Source: a bacterium (GTDB lineage: Bacteria; RUG730; JBDRED01; JBHPKP01). Taken from it: a stretch of DNA of 53,887 nt. Under the pieces are notes generated by a model. That model was given only the letters and a program-made list of their open reading frames with translations. It had not been told where the DNA came from and ran no database searches. Numbering within the stretch: the stretch's first letter is position 1; the number at the start of each line of letters is the position of its first letter. A program made the position numbers and the translations under genes. This document shows positions 1 to 10,188 of this stretch, one piece after another. Location of the stretch: NCBI GenBank assembly GCA_042566505.1, contig JBHPKP010000003.1, positions 1 through 53,887 on the forward strand, given 5' to 3'.

Positions 1-46
1 AAATCATAGTTCAAGACAAAAAAGAAGAATAGATAGAGGTAAAAAA

Positions 47-901
47 ATGAAATTAAAAATTTGTGTGTTGTTAATTTTAAGTATTTTAGTTAGTGCAGTT
101 TTTGCTCAAGAGTCCGGTAACTATGCAATTATAGATTTTATGGTTGGGCAAGATTTAGGTGGATCAGTTGTATATGTTGAGGGTGAATTAAAAAAATATA
201 AAGATGATTGGCAAACTGTATTTCAAACGGATCGAATAAGTGTTGGATGTAAACTAAAAACAGGTGTTGAGTCACATTCTGTAGTTGTGTTTGATGATAA
301 AACTGTTTGTTATATGGATGAAAAAGCTGAATTTACGCTTGATAAAATTGAAATTAGTGATTCAAAAGGAAGGACACAGGTTGATTTGACAATTGAGAAT
401 GGTAGATTTATTTTTGATACGGGATTTAATGATAAAATTTATAATTTTAATATAAAAACAAAAAATGCTTTGGTTGTTTCTAAAAATACACAATTTATGG
501 TTGAATTTATTAATGGAAAAACAACTTTAATTGTTGTTTTCGAGGGAAAGGTGGAGCTTTCCAACAAAAATGATAAAGGGGACTATGAAAACAAAACCAT
601 ATTAAAACGCGAGCAAGAAGCTGTGGTTTTAGGTTGGAATAAACCAACACCGCCGAGCAGGATGCGTTCAAAATTAAAAAAATACAGTAATAAGATGGAA
701 GAAGTAAAAAAAGAATTAATTAAAAACAGAATTATAGAAAAAGTCGGCACCTTTAGAAAAAGTAAAACCGAAGAGATAAAAATATTTAGACAAATTGAAG
801 AAGCTAATCCTGTAAGAAGAGAAACTATTAGAGATAATGGTAAGAAAAAAAAGAAACCACAGTATAAAAAAGATAAACCTGTCAGACGTCGAAGGTTGTA
901 A
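47..901 (+). CDS. FecR-domain exported protein with Lys/Arg-rich tail
   Basis: Signal-peptide-like N-terminus; FecR-like pattern (LKTGVESHSVVVFDDKT...LTIENGRF...NIKTKNALVVSKNTQFMV...VFEGKVEL); GAGG RBS upstream. Confidence 0.7.
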   Translation: MKLKICVLLILSILVSAVFAQESGNYAIIDFMVGQDLGGSVVYVEGELKKYKDDWQTVFQTDRISVGCKLKTGVESHSVVVFDDKTVCYMDEKAEFTLDKIEISDSKGRTQVDLTIENGRFIFDTGFNDKIYNFNIKTKNALVVSKNTQFMVEFINGKTTLIVVFEGKVELSNKNDKGDYENKTILKREQEAVVLGWNKPTPPSRMRSKLKKYSNKMEEVKKELIKNRIIEKVGTFRKSKTEEIKIFRQIEEANPVRRETIRDNGKKKKKPQYKKDKPVRRRRL

Positions 902-911
902 AGGGTTAATT

Positions 912-1706
912 ATGTCTAACAAGAAAGCATTTAAATATATTTATGGACCTGTTTATTCTTGGCGGTTAGGAAATTCTTTGGGTATTGATCTTTTGTCGCA
1001 AAAAGATAAGAAATGTAATTTTGATTGCACTTATTGTCAAATAGGTAAAACTAATGAATTCACTACAGAACGTAAAGTCTATGTTTCAACGAAAAATTTA
1101 TTAGGTGAAATTAATCAGGTGATTGACTTAGAATTTGACTTTATAACATTTTCGGGACGAGGTGAGCCCACACTTGCTTTAAATCTTGAAGAGGTCATTG
1201 TTGAGATTAAAAAAATTGGGAAACATAAAATTGCCGTAATAACAAATGGTACATTATTAGACCAACCGGATGTTGTTCGTGCGCTTACGCAAGCTGATGT
1301 TGTTTTGGCAAAATTTGATGTTGCAAGTGAAGAAATGCTTCAAACAATTAATAGGCCGGCGAAAAATGTAAAGTTCGGCAAAATAATAGAAAATTTTATT
1401 AGCTTTCGAAAAATATTCAAAGGTAAATTGGATTTGCAGTTGATGTTTTTGGATGATAATAAAAACTCAGTAAAAAAAATCATAGACGCGGTTAAGCTTA
1501 TACAACCTGATGAATTACATATAAACACACCACTGAGACCATGTGCTGTAAAGCCATTAACAATTGATGAAATCAAAAAAATTGTTGAGCAATTTGAAAA
1601 TTTGCAGGATATAAAGATACGAACTGTTTATGACGAGCAGCAGAAACATATTAAGCCAATAAGTGAACCCAATACTGCTGCGAGAAGAGGCAAAGAAATT
1701 AATTAA
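912..1706 (+). CDS. Radical SAM protein (COG0731-like Fe-S oxidoreductase)
   Basis: YGPVYSWRLGNSLGIDL and CNFDCTYC (CxxxCxxC), TFSGRGEPTL; ATG at 912 preferred over the 837 start, which overlaps the upstream gene. Confidence 0.8.
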   Translation: MSNKKAFKYIYGPVYSWRLGNSLGIDLLSQKDKKCNFDCTYCQIGKTNEFTTERKVYVSTKNLLGEINQVIDLEFDFITFSGRGEPTLALNLEEVIVEIKKIGKHKIAVITNGTLLDQPDVVRALTQADVVLAKFDVASEEMLQTINRPAKNVKFGKIIENFISFRKIFKGKLDLQLMFLDDNKNSVKKIIDAVKLIQPDELHINTPLRPCAVKPLTIDEIKKIVEQFENLQDIKIRTVYDEQQKHIKPISEPNTAARRGKEIN

Positions 1707-1814
1707 AAATTTAAAATTGACGGTATATGAATATAGAACTCGTTAACTGTTTGACGCTAAACTAAACAAAAAAATTGACGTAGTACCCGGTAAATGAGCA
1801 ATTGGAGAGAAATA

Positions 1815-2261
1815 ATGAAAACAATTTTAGAAATAAAGTTTTATCCGGATGAAGTTTTGAGATTAGAAGCTTCGAATGTGGAAAAGATTACTCAAAAGGA
1901 AAAGAAACTTTTTGAGAATATGCTGCACACAATGTATGCAAACAAAGGCATTGGACTTGCGGCGCCTCAGGTTGGGATTTCTTTGAAACTTATTGTTGTT
2001 GATGTTGGGAATGGAGCTGTTAAGCTTGCAAATCCAAAGGTCATAAGTTGCAATGGTGGATCATTTTTTGAGGAAGGCTGCTTGAGCTTGCCTGGTGAAC
2101 AAGTGAAAGTGATGAGACCTGACAAGGTAGTTGTTGAAGCAATGGATGAGCATAGCAAAACAATCCGTATAAGTGCAGAAGGGCTTTTGGCACGTGCATT
2201 ATTACACGAGATCGATCATTTAAATGGAAAACTCATAATTGATCACGAAAAAGGATTATAA
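1815..2261 (+). CDS. def: Peptide deformylase
   Basis: GIGLAAPQVG, EGCLS, HEIDHLNG motifs; GGAGAG RBS before ATG 1815. Confidence 0.95.
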   Translation: MKTILEIKFYPDEVLRLEASNVEKITQKEKKLFENMLHTMYANKGIGLAAPQVGISLKLIVVDVGNGAVKLANPKVISCNGGSFFEEGCLSLPGEQVKVMRPDKVVVEAMDEHSKTIRISAEGLLARALLHEIDHLNGKLIIDHEKGL

Positions 2262-3454
2262 TGATAAAAAAAAGTTTTATTTACGAAATATTTAATGCAG
2301 CATACATGCAGCGTTGGAATGATAAGATTTCACCTGTTGAATTGCGTGAACTCGATAAACAAGCTCATAAAATGATAATTGCATATGTGTTTGGAAAGTT
2401 CGAAGAAGAAAGCGGGAATCCTGACTTTGACTGGATACAACTTATAGAAGGTGGTATTTTCGAACTTTTGCAAAGAATTGTTGTTACTGATCTCAGACCT
2501 CAGCTTTTCTATAAAATCAAATCTGATAAATCTAAATATCGAGAGTTAAATAATTTTGTAATTAAGCAGTTTAAACAAATACTTTTACCTATTGAAGATG
2601 GTATATTTTTGGAAAGATTTAAGGACTATTTATTCAGAAAGTCAGATAACATAAACAACAAAATTTTAAATGCAGCTCATTTTTATACGTCCAGTTGGGA
2701 ATTTCGTATAATCAAGCAAACTAATCCTGATGGTTATGAAATAAATGAAATAGAAAAAGATCTAATAAAAAAACAGGAACTGAATTATGATTTGATAGGC
2801 ATGCAAAAGCTTACACTTTCGAATAAGCTTAAGAATTTTGTTGATTTGTGCGGTGAGCTGAGGTTTCAGAATAGATGGAGTCATCTACATCGAATACCGA
2901 GGACTTCTGTGCTGGGGCATATGCTTATTGTTGCAGTTCTGACATATTTATATTCACTTGAACTAAAAGCTTGTAAGAGGCGATGCATAAACAACTTCTA
3001 TTCCGGCTTATTTCATGATTTGCCGGAGGTTTTGACCCGTGACATTATAAATCCTCTGAAAAGCTCAATACCGGGCTTAGATCGCATTATAAAGATATAT
3101 GAGAAGGAAGAGATGAAGAAAATTTATAGTCTTATACCAAAGACCTGGCATCGTGAAATGCGAGTATTTACAGAGATTGAGTTCACAAACCTCATTATTA
3201 GTAATTCAAGATTAAAAAGAGTAAGTTCCGAAGATTTGTGCAAAAAATACAATTCAAATAAATTCAATCCACGAGACGGTCGGCTTGTGGAATTCAGTGA
3301 CAAACTGGCAGCATTTGTAGAGGCGCATCTTGCTATAAAAAACGGTGCACGCAACAATGAATTCAAAGATGCCAAAGAATCACTCATTACAAAATACAAA
3401 TCATTTAAAATTGCAGGTCAAAATCTAGGCGAAATCTATAACGAATTTGTGTAA
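2261..3454 (+). CDS. HD-family hydrolase with duplicated YfbR-like domains
   Basis: MQRWND...ELDKQAHKM in the first half; QNRWS...SVLGHML...FHDLPEVLTRDI...DKLAAF in the second half. Confidence 0.8.
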   Translation: MIKKSFIYEIFNAAYMQRWNDKISPVELRELDKQAHKMIIAYVFGKFEEESGNPDFDWIQLIEGGIFELLQRIVVTDLRPQLFYKIKSDKSKYRELNNFVIKQFKQILLPIEDGIFLERFKDYLFRKSDNINNKILNAAHFYTSSWEFRIIKQTNPDGYEINEIEKDLIKKQELNYDLIGMQKLTLSNKLKNFVDLCGELRFQNRWSHLHRIPRTSVLGHMLIVAVLTYLYSLELKACKRRCINNFYSGLFHDLPEVLTRDIINPLKSSIPGLDRIIKIYEKEEMKKIYSLIPKTWHREMRVFTEIEFTNLIISNSRLKRVSSEDLCKKYNSNKFNPRDGRLVEFSDKLAAFVEAHLAIKNGARNNEFKDAKESLITKYKSFKIAGQNLGEIYNEFV

Positions 3455-3488
3455 TTCATTTCATTATCAATCCACCCAAAACAACATA

Positions 3489-3517
3489 TTGCGAAAAAAC
3501 TATAAATATGTTAACAT
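3489..3517 (+). promoter_or_regulatory. Putative sigma70 promoter of the HEAT-repeat gene
   Basis: TTGCGA-17 bp-TAACAT with TG extended -10, 35 bp upstream of ATG 3552. Confidence 0.35.
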
Positions 3518-3551
3518 TAAGTCCCCCAAATAATTAATCAGGATATCCAAA

Positions 3552-6500
3552 ATGAAAAAAATATTGATCAATTTCTTGATCATTTCAATCTTATTTCAGC
3601 AGTTTGCATTCTGCAAAACAGCCTCTCCAATAAGTAATGACAATTCTAAACTTTCTTTGATAAGTTTTTTTAGTAATGCAAAAGACAAAAAAATAATGGA
3701 ATATTCTATTGATTCTTATAGAAAAATGAAAATTACAAAATCAGAACTAAAAGCTGTAATTAAATATGTAAATAATAAAACTGGCAAAAAGCTAAAAATG
3801 GATTGGTCTAGTACTAAAGGCGTAGTAAAAATAAGTAATGTTTGTGAGGATAATTCATCAAAACAATATGAACAACTGATTGCCTTACTTAGCTCTAATA
3901 ATATCTATGAAAAGATTAGAGCAGCACAAACTTTGGGGAAAATGGGAGGCGAAGCTGCAAAGGCAGTTATATACATTATAGAATTACTTACTGATACTAA
4001 TGAACATGTAAGAGCAGCCGGTATAAAGTCATTGGGTGAATTGGATGCAAAAGAAGCTGTATGGGATGTAATGCGTCTATTAAGTGATGAAAGCGTTTAT
4101 GTAAGGTTAGCATGTATAGATACATTAGCGAAGATAGCTGTTAAAGGTGACAAAAAGTTAAAAAATAGTTTGGTGAAATTATTAGATTGTCAAAATGATG
4201 AGGTAAAAAAGGCTGCTTTAAAGGCATTGGGTAAAATTGGAGATAAAAATATTTTTAAAAATTTGGTTAATTTTTTAAATTTTAATTATAAAAATTCTGA
4301 TTTAACTATGATTGCAATAGAAGCAATAGGTGAACTTGGTGAAAAAATGGGTGTGAAACCTTTGATTAATTATTTGTTGAGTATACAACATATGCATCAA
4401 TCTACTGAACAGATAAAAAAAGAATCTGAAAAACAAAAAAGATCAATAGCGTATGCATTAGTTAAAATAGCTGCTAACTTGCAAGATGAAAAAATATTGT
4501 TAGAGATTTTACCGATTTTAGTGAATTTATTGAATGATGAAGAGCATGAACTAAGACAAGCAGTAATGTACTCATTAAATAATATGTTATCTAAAAACGT
4601 AAAAGGAGTAAGGGAATATTTAATAGCAAAGCTTGAAGATGAAAAGGAAGAAGTGAGTAACAGAGTAAAGATATTAACAATATTAGATAAATTTATTGAG
4701 AAAGATAAATTGTTAGGGTTGCTTCATAATAGGGATGAAAATATCAGAAAGCGAGCAGCAATAAGATTAGCTCTTAGTGATGAAGATAAAGAGGTTATAA
4801 AATATTTGATACAATTATTGCAGCAAAATATAAGACATGAACCAAGAAAAACTGCAATGGAAGCATTAAAAAGGATGTGTAGTGAACATGCTATGAATGA
4901 AGTAAAAAAATTATTTGATGAGTCCAAAGATGAAGATATTAAAAGAACAGCTATAAGTTTATTTTCTACAATAGGTAGATCAATGAATTATAGTGAAAAG
5001 TTGGCTGAAGATTTTAAAAAAATTATTTTAAATAAAAATTATTCGATAAATATAAGGAAAGCAGGAATAGATGAATTGTTTATGTGTGATGAAAATGACA
5101 TAATTTCAAATGTAATAAAATTATGTCAAGATGGAGAAAATGAACAAAAAGAGTCAATTTTAACATCTGATACAAGTCAACCTGTCTTGATTCATTTGAT
5201 TGAAAAATTTAATGAAAAACCAAACATTGGCGAGAAAGTTATATATATATTGTTTGATTTGTTGAAAAATAAAAATAAGAATATAAAAATAGCAACTATG
5301 CAGGCATTGGAAGTTATATTGAAGAATAAGAAACTTAGCAGTGAAGGAAATCCTTTAATACTTTTTTTAACGGATAATGATACAGACATAAAATTAGCTG
5401 CGATAAGAGCATTAGGCAAAATAGGAGACAAAACAGTAATTAAACCACTAATGAAATTACTGTGTGGCAAAAATAACCAAAATGAAAAGGATGATATTAA
5501 GACAACAGTTGTAGAAGCTTTGGGTTCAATAGGTGAAGATTATAATGATTCTGTAAAATGTTTAATTAAATTACTAACTCATAGAGATGCAACTGTAAGA
5601 ATAGCAGCAGTAAAAGCATTGAGCGCAATAGATGGAAATAACCAAAAAGTTCTGGATAATTTATTATGTAGGTTAAAAAAGGATATGGATGATAAAGTAA
5701 AAGCAGCTGTAGTAGAGGAATTAGCAAAAGAAACTATAATCATACCAGCCCATCGAAAAAGTGAAATTGCATTGACTGTGCTTACTTTACATGTGAGAAA
5801 GCTTATAGATGACAAAACTGCGGCAAAACTGCTGGTTAGATTAGAGAATCAAGATGCTATACCTATTTTGCTGGGCTTATTAATGATAGACGAAGAAGCA
5901 TCTATGGCGTTAGAGGGGTTGAAAAAGATAATTAAAGGGGATGATAAGAAGGTAATAGATGCTTTTATTGATTTTCTAAACCAGAAAAATAATAATCCTT
6001 TATTAAAATGCACTATTATGGACATGTTAGCTCAAAAGTTTTCAGGGAATAAAAAAATCCCATTTATATTTGAAAGGTTAATGTTTGAGGTAACAGAAGA
6101 TATTGTTGTAAGGGATAAAGCTGTTTTGTTGCTGTCAAAAATGGAGTTAACGGATGAATCTATATGGTCTGATTTAATGCAAAAATATAGTGAGTTAGAA
6201 GAGGATGAATATTTGAAAAGAAAAATAGAAAATATCCTATTGGCGGACGGATTTGAGGGAATCAATGATATAAATGCTCTAATTAAATTGTTAGATTCAG
6301 ATATGTGTAGAGAACAGGTGATATCCAGACTTATGAAGATGTGGAAGGATAGGGAAATTGATTTAGAGATTTTAATGCTCAAGCAAATACAATGTCCGTA
6401 TTTAGATTTAAGTCAGAAAATTGTATGTATAGATATATTGGCTAAAGTAGGCGGAAAAAAAACTCTAGACTTTTTTCTCCAACAGTTACAATTGCCCGGA

Positions 6501-9182
6501 ATTGAGCAACCATATTGGCTCTATTATAATAAAGCAATAATAGAAGCATTGAGTAAAATAATAAGACATATTACCGAACAGAATTGGGTATCGAGTCAAC
6601 ATGATGAAGAGAATGAGAGATTAATTCAAAATATTAAAAATGTTTTGTATGATTTGTTCTCACATCGAAATGTAGAGATAAGATTATCCAGTGTACAAGC
6701 ATACGCAAAAATACGCACAGATAAAAAAATAAATACGAAACTTGTTGAAATGTTATTTGCGAAAAAGAACCAAGAACATGATTTATATCTAAGACTTGCA
6801 ATTATACAAACATTACCTAATAGTATTATTCTTGAAGAAAAAGTAAAAGCTAGTATTAAAAAAGAGTTAAGTGAATTACTAGGAAAAAAGCATAGACACT
6901 CAAGTCCGTATGTGAGACTTCTTACACTGAAATTGTTGATGAGGATAAATGATTATTCAGAAGATTATTTGGGTATTGCTTTAAAAGATACAGATCCCCT
7001 CATTACAGAAAAAGCCATAAGCTATTGTTTAAGTTGGACCGGTTGCGCAGGAGAAAGAAAAGGTATTGATTATTTAATAAACTTATTGAAAGATAATAAG
7101 GAAGAATTTCAGCTGAGAAAAGAAATTGCAAGTCTTTTAGGAAGAAGAGATGATGCTTTTGCATCAGGTATTTTTATCGATTTATTGATGCAAGGAAAAG
7201 AAGATTTAAAACAGTTAGCGCAAATCGGATTAGAGAAAATGACTAATGTCCCTATAGACAAGTTGCTTGAAATAATAACTACTTCGCAGGAATTAGAAAA
7301 TATAGAAGTTAAAATTATCGCAGCAAATATATTAAATAAGAGGATTATTAATAAAGTAAGTGATAAAGTAAATCTTACGAAACAACAAATAGAGCCAGTA
7401 CTAAATTTTTTACAAGAAATAATGGAAAAAAGCAAAAAAGAATCAAAAAATAATTCAGAAAAGAATTTGCATGTAGATTTAATTAAAGCATTATCAAAAT
7501 TTTTAGCTAATGCACAAGTTCAGGAAGCTGCACTACCTTTACTTAAAGCGTATGTAAAAGCGCCAAATGGACATAGAGTTATTTATATGAATGCTTTAAG
7601 CGAATTAGGTACCTTAGCGGTATCGTCAATTATTAGGTGTTTAGATTTTAGTAACCAAGTTAGTTTAGTAAAAGCGTTAATTAAATTAACAAAAAAAATT
7701 GCTGAAATTGATGTTGAAGACGTATTTAAAGGCATAGATAATTTTAAGTTAATAACAATGCTGAAGTTTGAGTATTTGGATTTATTTTCAAAAAAGGAAC
7801 TCAAGAATAGGCAAAATTTGGTTGTAGATATATTAAAAAACGAATTGATGAATCCTAATACTGATAAACGTATACAAGGTAATATTGTAGATATATTAGT
7901 TGATATACAAGGCTCAAAGAATATAGACTTTTTTATTGGTGGTTTACGTGGAAAATATGGCTTGGATATAATACCAAAACTTATAATTACATTGGGAGAT
8001 TTGCGTGCACAAAAAGCAGTAGCTGAGTTGGCGAGCCTACATTTAAGAAACGAATTGTATCGTCTTAGAAATTTTGAAGGCAAAGGTATTTTTCTCAAAA
8101 ATATTATTGAAGCATTAGCCAAAATAGGAAATAAGGGCGCTATAGAGTTTATTACTTATTTATGCAAATATCATACTGTTGTAAAAAAGGATGATATTTT
8201 GATGCGTAAATTAAACGAAGTACTTGAACCTAAAGATATTACAGATATTAATCAGTGTATAAATATGTTGTATTCTGACGAACTGAGAGATAAGGCAAAG
8301 GATGCGTTAATAAATATCGGTGGAAAAGAAGTTACTGACGCATTGATAAAAATGTTTCTTAAAGGAGAACTTCAACAAAATAAACACATTAAGAAAGCAG
8401 TATTAGAGATATTAGGCGCGGTAGGTACTACAACTATGTTTAATGGATTGGAAAATTCTTCAATAGAAAAAAAAGAAATAGATGATATTAACGCAAGATG
8501 CAAGGCGAGAGCCCATAGTTACAAAGATGTGGCAAAAAAATTCGAGAAAGAAGGAAACTTAATTTATGCAATAATAAATTACCAGTCAGCGCTTGAAATA
8601 AATCCTGAATCAAAAGAAGCTAAAAACGCATTTGATTCTATAATAAAAGGTGCGAAAAATCGTCTGAAATCCGAAAAATATGATAAAAAAAATAAGATTA
8701 TAACTAGAAAAGGTTTTGAAATGCTGCAACAGGATATAAAAATAATAAATAAGTATCCAAATAACTGTAAGGATTTTGTGATAAATAAAAAATTATTAGA
8801 GAAATGTGAAGGTAGAGTTCAGGTATGGGAACAAGGTGATTTTTCCTACGAGAAAAGACAATATCTGGATGTTGTGGTTGTTATGAAGTTTGAAAAAGCA
8901 GAGAAAAAACTTATAGATATTCAAATGGTAGAAAGAGCAGTTATTGTTATGGAAGAAATAGAAGATATAATAGGAACAAATCCAATAATAAAAATAGTGA
9001 AAGAAGCAAAATTAAAAATACAAGATTATATGGAATATCTAAGAACCATTTATATACCTATTTGTACATTAGGTACAGACATTATAAGTTTATTAGAACC
9101 ATATAGAAATAGGCGAACTAATTCTATAATAATATACTCTCATCATATACAAACATTCAAAGGTATTTTTACAGCTGTTTAA
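3552..9182 (+). CDS. Large secreted HEAT (PBS-lyase-type) repeat protein with a C-terminal TPR and a conserved C-terminal domain shared with 10189..14478
   Basis: Signal peptide (MKKILINFLIISILFQQFAFC); many LxDxxxxVRxAAxxALG repeats; TPR-like YQSALEINPESKEA; C-terminal homology to the 1429-aa protein. Confidence 0.85.
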   Translation: MKKILINFLIISILFQQFAFCKTASPISNDNSKLSLISFFSNAKDKKIMEYSIDSYRKMKITKSELKAVIKYVNNKTGKKLKMDWSSTKGVVKISNVCEDNSSKQYEQLIALLSSNNIYEKIRAAQTLGKMGGEAAKAVIYIIELLTDTNEHVRAAGIKSLGELDAKEAVWDVMRLLSDESVYVRLACIDTLAKIAVKGDKKLKNSLVKLLDCQNDEVKKAALKALGKIGDKNIFKNLVNFLNFNYKNSDLTMIAIEAIGELGEKMGVKPLINYLLSIQHMHQSTEQIKKESEKQKRSIAYALVKIAANLQDEKILLEILPILVNLLNDEEHELRQAVMYSLNNMLSKNVKGVREYLIAKLEDEKEEVSNRVKILTILDKFIEKDKLLGLLHNRDENIRKRAAIRLALSDEDKEVIKYLIQLLQQNIRHEPRKTAMEALKRMCSEHAMNEVKKLFDESKDEDIKRTAISLFSTIGRSMNYSEKLAEDFKKIILNKNYSINIRKAGIDELFMCDENDIISNVIKLCQDGENEQKESILTSDTSQPVLIHLIEKFNEKPNIGEKVIYILFDLLKNKNKNIKIATMQALEVILKNKKLSSEGNPLILFLTDNDTDIKLAAIRALGKIGDKTVIKPLMKLLCGKNNQNEKDDIKTTVVEALGSIGEDYNDSVKCLIKLLTHRDATVRIAAVKALSAIDGNNQKVLDNLLCRLKKDMDDKVKAAVVEELAKETIIIPAHRKSEIALTVLTLHVRKLIDDKTAAKLLVRLENQDAIPILLGLLMIDEEASMALEGLKKIIKGDDKKVIDAFIDFLNQKNNNPLLKCTIMDMLAQKFSGNKKIPFIFERLMFEVTEDIVVRDKAVLLLSKMELTDESIWSDLMQKYSELEEDEYLKRKIENILLADGFEGINDINALIKLLDSDMCREQVISRLMKMWKDREIDLEILMLKQIQCPYLDLSQKIVCIDILAKVGGKKTLDFFLQQLQLPGIEQPYWLYYNKAIIEALSKIIRHITEQNWVSSQHDEENERLIQNIKNVLYDLFSHRNVEIRLSSVQAYAKIRTDKKINTKLVEMLFAKKNQEHDLYLRLAIIQTLPNSIILEEKVKASIKKELSELLGKKHRHSSPYVRLLTLKLLMRINDYSEDYLGIALKDTDPLITEKAISYCLSWTGCAGERKGIDYLINLLKDNKEEFQLRKEIASLLGRRDDAFASGIFIDLLMQGKEDLKQLAQIGLEKMTNVPIDKLLEIITTSQELENIEVKIIAANILNKRIINKVSDKVNLTKQQIEPVLNFLQEIMEKSKKESKNNSEKNLHVDLIKALSKFLANAQVQEAALPLLKAYVKAPNGHRVIYMNALSELGTLAVSSIIRCLDFSNQVSLVKALIKLTKKIAEIDVEDVFKGIDNFKLITMLKFEYLDLFSKKELKNRQNLVVDILKNELMNPNTDKRIQGNIVDILVDIQGSKNIDFFIGGLRGKYGLDIIPKLIITLGDLRAQKAVAELASLHLRNELYRLRNFEGKGIFLKNIIEALAKIGNKGAIEFITYLCKYHTVVKKDDILMRKLNEVLEPKDITDINQCINMLYSDELRDKAKDALINIGGKEVTDALIKMFLKGELQQNKHIKKAVLEILGAVGTTTMFNGLENSSIEKKEIDDINARCKARAHSYKDVAKKFEKEGNLIYAIINYQSALEINPESKEAKNAFDSIIKGAKNRLKSEKYDKKNKIITRKGFEMLQQDIKIINKYPNNCKDFVINKKLLEKCEGRVQVWEQGDFSYEKRQYLDVVVVMKFEKAEKKLIDIQMVERAVIVMEEIEDIIGTNPIIKIVKEAKLKIQDYMEYLRTIYIPICTLGTDIISLLEPYRNRRTNSIIIYSHHIQTFKGIFTAV

Positions 9183-9226
9183 AGCTTTGCTTCTTTGTTG
9201 CGTTAGAGGGGGGTTCTTATATTTCT

Positions 9227-9781
9227 TTACCTTATTATAATTAACTTACCTTTTTTCAACTGATCGCCATTTTTGATTATATATATGTACAAGCCGCTAA
9301 AAACCTTTTTGCCATTGTCTTTTCGTACATTCCAGCGCAATTCGTCAGTTGTTGTATCGTTATCTTTTTGCAATTTCTTAATGAGTTCACCGGAAATCGT
9401 ATATATATAGATTTTTGCACCTATTGTTAGACCTGCAAATGTTATATGTGTGTGGTTTTTGTATGCCTTATAAGGATTTGGGTATGCAAAGGCTCTATGT
9501 ACGTCTGTAGACGCAATTTGACCACGCAAACTTGAACTTTCGAGTTGGTTGTGTGTAAGCCTATAAGGTCCGCCGCTTGTTCTGATATTGCCAACTGCTT
9601 GTCCGAGATTAAATCCGTTTTTAAAGTTTCCACCTGTTAGCTTTGCTCCACTTTTAGTGTTTTGACTAAAAAGTTTAAATGTTAAATTTAATAAACCACC
9701 TTGCAAAAATATTGCATAGACACTTGTTCCGAGCAAGGAAATCATTATTATAATGGTGACCAAAAATTTTTTTATCTTCAT
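9227..9781 (-). CDS. Small secreted protein with T9SS type-A-like / FlgD-Ig C-terminal domain
   Basis: Signal peptide from MKIKKFL (ATG 9781); C-terminal AYPNPY...IYIYTISGELIK...WN...NGKKVFSGLYIYII...KKGKLIIIR. Confidence 0.75.
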   Translation of the reverse strand: MKIKKFLVTIIIMISLLGTSVYAIFLQGGLLNLTFKLFSQNTKSGAKLTGGNFKNGFNLGQAVGNIRTSGGPYRLTHNQLESSSLRGQIASTDVHRAFAYPNPYKAYKNHTHITFAGLTIGAKIYIYTISGELIKKLQKDNDTTTDELRWNVRKDNGKKVFSGLYIYIIKNGDQLKKGKLIIIR

Positions 9782-10188
9782 GAGCTTAATCCTTTGATCA
9801 TTTTCAGTAAATATATAATTATTTGAAATCACTAAAAATAAACCTCATAAAAAAATATTTACAAGTGAAATTATTACGAATGGTATGCGAAGTTGCGAAA
9901 GTGATCTTCCCCTGATCTTCCCGTGGAAAAGGGAAAGTATTGCAAGTAAATATTGTATATGCCTACATTGATGTGAAATTGTTAGTTAAGACAAGACTAA
10001 AAAATAGATTTTTTATTAAAAGTAAAAGTATTAAACTATAATAACTTATTAATGAGTTTCTTCGATTGAAAGCAATTATGGAACAAAAGCAAGTAAAAGG
10101 AATAAAAAAAAGTTCTTTAATCATTTACTTAGACCACTACATAAAAGGTTCTCCTACTTTTTCTTAGGATGGCTATAGGAGGTTCTCT

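Noticed and set aside
837-911. Longer N-terminus for the radical SAM ORF
   Set aside because: Overlaps the FecR gene; family-like sequence begins at ATG 912
3506-3520. ATATGTTAACATTAA as a second dif-like site bounding the accessory region
   Set aside because: Only a partial XerD-like arm; no XerC arm at 6-bp spacing; overlaps the putative -10 element
4724-8122. Antisense ORFs within the HEAT gene, and similar shadow ORFs across the window
   Set aside because: Fully overlap well-supported genes on the opposite strand and show no motifs
9902-9937. TGATCTTCCC x2 followed by GGAAAAGGGAAAG in the divergent promoter region
   Set aside because: Could be a weak hairpin or operator, but too short to support any call
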